Positions 59,079-64,000 of a stretch of 64,000 bases of DNA are shown in pieces. The notes below the pieces were generated by a model. It saw only the letters and a list, made by a program, of their open reading frames with translations, did not search any database and was not told where the DNA came from. Position 1 is the first letter of the stretch. Each line of letters begins with the position of its first letter. Position numbers and translations under genes: made by a program. Origin of the DNA: Deltaproteobacteria bacterium (GTDB lineage: Bacteria; JAGRBM01; JAHCIT01); contig JAHCIT010000008.1 of assembly GCA_026129095.1 (NCBI GenBank), positions 71,021-135,020 on the forward strand. The letters run 5' to 3'.

Positions 59079-60302
59079 TTGAAAACGCTGCTTTACATCC
59101 TGCTGGCCATCCCCGCCGTGGTAAGTTCCGGATACTGGCTCGTATCGGCCGTGACGACGGGGCTGTTTCTCCGCCGGAAGCCGAAACTGGCCGCGGATGC
59201 GAAGATATCTCCGCCAAAAGTTTCCATTCTCAAGCCGGTCTACGGGCTCGAACGGGGCGCCGAGGAGAACTTCCGGACTTTTCTTGAGCAGGACTACCCC
59301 GACTATGAAGTGATCTTCGGCGTCCAGCGTGACGATGATCCGGTCCTGCCGGTAGTGAAAAAGCTGGTTGGCAAATATCCGGGCCGGGCCCGTTACGTGG
59401 TCGATTCACATGCGGTCGGGCCAAACGGCAAAATCAACAATCTCGTGAACTGCTACCGCGCCGCGAGTGGCGAGATCATCGTCATCTCGGATGCAGACAC
59501 CCGCGTGGGGCCTAGTTACCTGAAAATCATCACCGGCCCGCTCGCTGACCCCGAAACCGGCGCCGTCTCCACGCTCTACAAGGCGGCCGACGCCCTGACG
59601 ATCCCTGAGAAACTCGAACTTTTATCCTTTAATACGGAGTTCATCCCCAACGTCTGTTTTGCCAGCCTGTTCGGCTTTGGCGATGCCTGCCTGGGTGCGT
59701 CCATAGCCCTCAAGCGGGCGATCCTCGACCGGATCGGCGGATTCGAGCCCCTGGCCCACTATCTCGTCGAGGACTTCGAGATGGGACGCCGGATTGGCGA
59801 ATTGGGCCTTGGGGTATCGATCATCCCTTATGTCGCCGACACGACGGTGGACCTCGCCGGCTACCGGACCTGGTTCGAGCATCAGATATACTGGGACCAG
59901 AATACACGTGCCGCCAAGCCGGCAGCATTCGCCTGGACAATCCTCCTGAAGGGGATTCCGGCTGCACTGCTGCTCTGGCTCGTGAGTGGATTCCAGTCCT
60001 GGGCGCTGGCGTTTCTCGGAACTGTCATTGGCATACGGCTCCTGACGGCGGGAATTATTCTCGGCACCTTGCGCGACCAGACCGGGCTGAAGGCGCTCCC
60101 GATGCTGCCACTCCGCGATCTTGCCGCACTGGCGACCTGGTTCCTCAGCCTCACCCGCAATCACACGACATGGAAGGACCGGCTGTTCCGGCTTGAGGCG
60201 GGCAAGCTCGTCGAAGTGGGGCGTATTCCAGACCGCGCATCCGCATCACCCGCATCTTCCCCGGCGGCACCAGTAAACCCGGCAGGATCGGAGCGGGCAT
60301 GA
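59079..60302 (+). CDS. hpnI: HpnI / ceramide glucosyltransferase-like glycosyltransferase
   Basis: VSILKPVYG, QDYPDYEV, NGKINNL, ISDAD, LGAS, LVEDF; likely TTG start 59079. Confidence 0.75.
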   Translation: MKTLLYILLAIPAVVSSGYWLVSAVTTGLFLRRKPKLAADAKISPPKVSILKPVYGLERGAEENFRTFLEQDYPDYEVIFGVQRDDDPVLPVVKKLVGKYPGRARYVVDSHAVGPNGKINNLVNCYRAASGEIIVISDADTRVGPSYLKIITGPLADPETGAVSTLYKAADALTIPEKLELLSFNTEFIPNVCFASLFGFGDACLGASIALKRAILDRIGGFEPLAHYLVEDFEMGRRIGELGLGVSIIPYVADTTVDLAGYRTWFEHQIYWDQNTRAAKPAAFAWTILLKGIPAALLLWLVSGFQSWALAFLGTVIGIRLLTAGIILGTLRDQTGLKALPMLPLRDLAALATWFLSLTRNHTTWKDRLFRLEAGKLVEVGRIPDRASASPASSPAAPVNPAGSERA

Positions 60303-61153
60303 ACTCGCTGGTGGTGGTCGGGGACGATTTCGGCCTCGACCCCGTGGTCAATGAGGGGATGATCCGCGCCCACACGGAGGGGATCCTGTCGGCCGCCTCG
60401 CTCATGGTGAACGGCCGGGGATTCGCGGATGCCGTGAGCCGGGCCCGGGAGACACCCTCCCTTCGCGTCGGCCTGCACCTCGTTCTGGTGGAAGGCAACG
60501 CCACACTTCCCCCATCCGAAATCCCCGACATCGTCGACAGTGAAGGCCGCTTTGGCACACAGATCATCCGCACCGGGATCAAATACTTTTTCAGCCGCCG
60601 GGCACGTGAGCAGCTCCGCCGGGAAATCCGCGCCCAGTTCGAGCGCTTCCACGCCACCGGCCTCAGGCTCGACCATGTGAACGGGCACAACCATTTCCAT
60701 ATCCATCCGGCAGTCCTCGACGCTCTGCTGGAAGTGGCGGCCGACTACGGCCGTCCCGCCATCCGGGTGCCGCTGGAGCCGCTCATCAAATCGCTCAAGG
60801 CGGCACCGGGGCATGCCGTCGAAAAGATCATCTCGGCGCTCATTATCTCCCCGTGGGCGGTGCAGCTCGCAAGGCGGCTTCGCGCCGGGGGGTTCCGCAC
60901 GGCGCAGGAGGTTTTTGGCGTCTATGACTCCGGCCGCGTCACGGAAGGTTACCTCCTGGAAATCATCCGGCGCCTTGGCCCCGGCCTTACGGAGATATAT
61001 ACGCACCCGGCGGCCGGGCGATGCCCGGAGATCGACCGGTTCATGCCGGACTACCGGCATGAGGAAGAACTGGCGGCGCTGTGCAGTCCGCATGTACGCG
61101 CCGCCCTCGAGGAACGGCGTATCCGCACCGTGGGGTTTGCTGATGTCTGCTAG
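60299..61153 (+). CDS. hpnK: HpnK / ChbG-YdjC family deacetylase
   Basis: GDDFG, SAASLMVN, VGLHL, DHVNGHNHFHIHP, EIYTHP. Confidence 0.82.
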   Translation: MNSLVVVGDDFGLDPVVNEGMIRAHTEGILSAASLMVNGRGFADAVSRARETPSLRVGLHLVLVEGNATLPPSEIPDIVDSEGRFGTQIIRTGIKYFFSRRAREQLRREIRAQFERFHATGLRLDHVNGHNHFHIHPAVLDALLEVAADYGRPAIRVPLEPLIKSLKAAPGHAVEKIISALIISPWAVQLARRLRAGGFRTAQEVFGVYDSGRVTEGYLLEIIRRLGPGLTEIYTHPAAGRCPEIDRFMPDYRHEEELAALCSPHVRAALEERRIRTVGFADVC

Positions 61154-61196
61154 TGCATCCGCATTTTCCGGACCCGGAGGAATGAAAGGAGCCGGC

Positions 61197-61580
61197 ATGC
61201 TCACCATCTTCATCATGCTCGCCATCTCGGTGACCTGTGCAGCCCTGGGGCCCGTCGTGCAGGCCAAGGGAATGGTCGCCCTCGGCGCACACGACGACTG
61301 GCTGTCTCTGGAAACCTTCCGCTACTTCGGCCGGGCGCTCACAACGCCCACCGTTATCGTTGGCACGCTGCTCCATGCAGTCGCATTCTTCCTGAACCTG
61401 GCCCTGCTCGCCCGCGCTCCGGTGAGTTTCATCGTTCCACTGACAGCCATGGAATATATCGTTGGCGTGATGCTGGCCCGGATGATACTCGGCGAGATTG
61501 TCGAGCCCATGCGCTGGGCCGGCGTCGGCGTTATCGCCATTGGCGTCCTCATGATGTCAATGACCTGGAAACCAGACTGA
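61197..61580 (+). CDS. Small EamA/SMR (ArnE/F-like) membrane protein
   Basis: Four TMs, PVSFIVPL..ILGEIV..RWAG; ATG 61197 with AAGGAG RBS. Confidence 0.78.
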   Translation: MLTIFIMLAISVTCAALGPVVQAKGMVALGAHDDWLSLETFRYFGRALTTPTVIVGTLLHAVAFFLNLALLARAPVSFIVPLTAMEYIVGVMLARMILGEIVEPMRWAGVGVIAIGVLMMSMTWKPD

Positions 61581-61641
61581 GACCGCCGGAAAGCCTCCGG
61601 CACGGCAAAACCGAACATCCCCAAAGGAGACCCCTACACAC

Positions 61642-62808
61642 ATGTCAGCACAACCCGCCCCTGCCACCGCTACCGACAAGCCGCTCGTCCCCGCCGCGAA
61701 ACTCTATTTCCCGGACGAGGACCGGAAATGGATACTGGAACAGATTGATCAGGTTCTTGCCTCCGGACAGCTCACGCTGGGCAAGCACGGAAAGGAACTG
61801 GAGCGCCGCTGGGCGGAATACTGCGGCGTGAAATATGCCGTCGCCGTGAACTCGGGCACAAGTTCCATTGAAATTCCCCTCAGGGCCATGGGAGTCGAGG
61901 GCAAGGACGTGATCTGCCCGACCAATACCTTTTTCGCCACTGCGGCGGGAATCATCCACGCGGGCGGAAACGCCGTCCTGGCCGACATGGATCCGGACTA
62001 CTACTCGCTCACGGTCAAGGAGATCGAAAAGCGGCTGACGCCAAAGACGGCAGGCGTCGTGATCGTCCACATCGGCGGCTTCGTGACTCCGCACATCAAC
62101 GAGATTGCCGATTTCTGCAAGAGCAAGGGTATCTGGCTGTTCGAGGACGCGGCCCACGCCCACGGTTCATCCTACAAGGGAAAAAAGGCGGGTGCCTTCG
62201 GCCGGGCGTCGAGTTTCTCGTTCTACCCGACCAAGGTGATGACCAGCGGCGAGGGCGGCATCATCGCCACCGATGACGAGCACGTCTACAATGAGGCGCT
62301 CATCTACCGCGACCAGGGGAAGGCCAGCTTCACCGTCAATGCCCACACGCGCCTTGGCTATAACTGGCGCATGTCGGAGATCCACGCCGTCATCGGCCTC
62401 AAGCAGATGGACCGGCTGGAGTTCATGATCTCCGAGCGCCAGCGCGCCGCCCGGGCCTATGATGCGGCCTTCCGGAATGACCCGCTGGCGCGGCCCATGC
62501 TTACGCCGGATGGCGGAACCGCGAACTACTACAAGTACCTGCTCATCCCGGCGCGGCCGCTCAAGGACCGAAAGGCGATGAAGATGGCCGTGCGTGAGAA
62601 GTTCAACGTCGGCCTCACTGGCGAGGTTTACGAGGAACCGCTCCACAAACAGCCTGTCTTCAAGAACCTGGACAGGGGGAACTACCCGGTAGCCGACGAG
62701 GGCTGCGCCCGGCACATCTGCCTGCCGCTGTTCCCCGGCATCACCGACGAGATGATCCAGCGGACCATCGAAGGTGTGAAGTGGGGTCTGAAGGAGTTCT
62801 CGTCCTAA
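61642..62808 (+). CDS. DegT/DnrJ/EryC1/StrS PLP aminotransferase
   Basis: VNSGT, EDAAHAHG, SFSFYPTKVMTSGEGG, GYNWRMSE. Confidence 0.93.
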   Translation: MSAQPAPATATDKPLVPAAKLYFPDEDRKWILEQIDQVLASGQLTLGKHGKELERRWAEYCGVKYAVAVNSGTSSIEIPLRAMGVEGKDVICPTNTFFATAAGIIHAGGNAVLADMDPDYYSLTVKEIEKRLTPKTAGVVIVHIGGFVTPHINEIADFCKSKGIWLFEDAAHAHGSSYKGKKAGAFGRASSFSFYPTKVMTSGEGGIIATDDEHVYNEALIYRDQGKASFTVNAHTRLGYNWRMSEIHAVIGLKQMDRLEFMISERQRAARAYDAAFRNDPLARPMLTPDGGTANYYKYLLIPARPLKDRKAMKMAVREKFNVGLTGEVYEEPLHKQPVFKNLDRGNYPVADEGCARHICLPLFPGITDEMIQRTIEGVKWGLKEFSS

Positions 62809-62820
62809 GAGGCGAAACCG

Positions 62821-63900
62821 TCAGAGCCCGAGTTCCTTTTCGAGGGCGTCCTGTTCGTCGCGGAACTTCTTCTGCTCCTCGCCGCTCTTGATGGGCGGCG
62901 GAGTAGCCTTCTCCTTCAGGGATTGCTCCGCCAAACGGGCGGCTTTCTCCGCATCTGCTTCGCGGCCTGAAAGGCTGTAGAACCGGGCGGCGACAGATGC
63001 CTCTCCCGTTTTCATGGCCGCGTCGCCAAGTTCCCCGGCCCGCTTCCGCAGCTTTTCCGCCTTCTTCTCCGCGCCTGAAAACCGGTAGTACATGAGCGCG
63101 TGCTGGATGGGATCGGGATGATCCGCACCGGCGGCGATCGAATCCCCCCGCTGGTCGGCCCTCCCCGTCACCTGCGAAATCCGCCGGTCAGCGAACAGTT
63201 CCCACCAGCGGCGGGCATCCTCCAGCGCCTTCAGCGACCGGTCTTCCCGCGTCCCGCCCGCGCCGATCCCCGGCTTCTGGAACTCCGTTTCCTCCCGGGC
63301 GAGAGCCGCCTCGCCGCGGGTTGCCGCCAGCTTCCGGAGTTCTTCCAGATAGTCTGCCGGCGGACGGTACGAATCGACAGGCTGCGCCGTCCGGCTTTCC
63401 AGATGGTTCTTCAGGTTCCGCACGTCCTCGACCGTGCTCGCGTATTTCCGCATGTATTCCATCCGGACCCGGTCCTCATCCGCCCAGTTCCGCGAGGCGG
63501 TATACCAGGCCACCGCCCCGGACTGCGGATGAAGGGAAAGCCGCTCGCCGTCCTCGCAGTCAGGCACTGCGGGGTCATTACGTCCGGTTACCCGTTTGCA
63601 TTCGGCATCGGCCCGGCGGCTGAACAGGTCCGCTCCGGTCATCAGCCGCCCGGCCTTTTCCGCGTCCTGCCCGATCCGCTTGCCCACCCGGCGCAGGCCG
63701 GCGGCGGCCACCGGCGAGCACATCTCGCCGGAGCGGAACCAGAGGAAGGCAGTAGCGAGCTTGCCAGTCCGTTCCGCCTCGGTACCGCTTCGCACGAGCG
63801 CGTCCCAGTTGCCGCCTCCGCAGGGGTCATCGGCCCGTGCCGGCCCGTGCGCCGGGCCTGCAACCAGGGCTGCCAATAGCAAGGTGTGCCGTATCTTCAT
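62821..63900 (-). CDS. Exported helical (TPR-like) hypothetical protein
   Basis: Signal peptide ..ARA-DD; GGAG RBS; helical, charged composition. Confidence 0.65.
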   Translation of the reverse strand: MKIRHTLLLAALVAGPAHGPARADDPCGGGNWDALVRSGTEAERTGKLATAFLWFRSGEMCSPVAAAGLRRVGKRIGQDAEKAGRLMTGADLFSRRADAECKRVTGRNDPAVPDCEDGERLSLHPQSGAVAWYTASRNWADEDRVRMEYMRKYASTVEDVRNLKNHLESRTAQPVDSYRPPADYLEELRKLAATRGEAALAREETEFQKPGIGAGGTREDRSLKALEDARRWWELFADRRISQVTGRADQRGDSIAAGADHPDPIQHALMYYRFSGAEKKAEKLRKRAGELGDAAMKTGEASVAARFYSLSGREADAEKAARLAEQSLKEKATPPPIKSGEEQKKFRDEQDALEKELGL

Positions 63901-63918
63901 CGCTCTGTCTCCTGAGGC

Positions 63919-64000
63919 CTACTGGCCCGCCTGCTCCATCTGCTTGCGGATCATCTCCTGCATTTCCGGGGGCAGGTTTTCGAAACCGGGCGGCATCTGC
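63919..64000 (-). CDS. 3' end of a hypothetical protein (partial)
   Basis: Reads ..QMPPGFENLPPEMQEMIRKQMEQAGQ* (TAG at 63921-63919). Confidence 0.55.
   Translation of the reverse strand, partial: QMPPGFENLPPEMQEMIRKQMEQAGQ

Overview
GC-rich bacterial chromosome segment from a diderm. Gene content (HpnI/HpnK-like, LMF1, sigma54 site, small Cys4 protein) suggests a deltaproteobacteria/Myxococcota-like lineage (inference). No CRISPR array, IS, integrase, prophage or rRNA was seen. Layout: (1) 1-16967, nine co-directional minus-strand genes, all with export or membrane-anchor signals: two LPP20-like paralogues (one with a ~200-aa charged-helix/low-complexity insert), a transglutaminase-like protein with three beta-sandwich repeats, a TPR-SLH lipoprotein, an FlgT-N-like protein, a FecR-domain protein, a YdbH/AsmA-like bridge protein, a YnbE-like/YdbL (DUF1318) lipoprotein, and a >1660-aa PD40-TPR-pseudo-CHAT protein that the ORF track misses because it runs off the left edge. 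This is the best candidate for an undescribed envelope system. (2) Housekeeping: guaB-guaA-dnaE (perfect DnaA box upstream), trpDCFBA, tRNA-Val(CAC), tRNA-Gln(TTG)-prs-rplY-pth-ychF, pyk. (3) Small modules: a sigma54-type-promoter acyl-carrier-like gene lacking the phosphopantetheine serine; aspA-ICL/PEPM-crotonase-SDR; a diiron enzyme + TetR with a double operator; a Fur-box-preceded FMN-binding/ApbE/His-rich membrane protein module; an RND pair; LMF1; an orphan adenine methyltransferase; and hpnI-hpnK-SMR/EamA-DegT. All calls come from reading motifs by eye; no searches were run.
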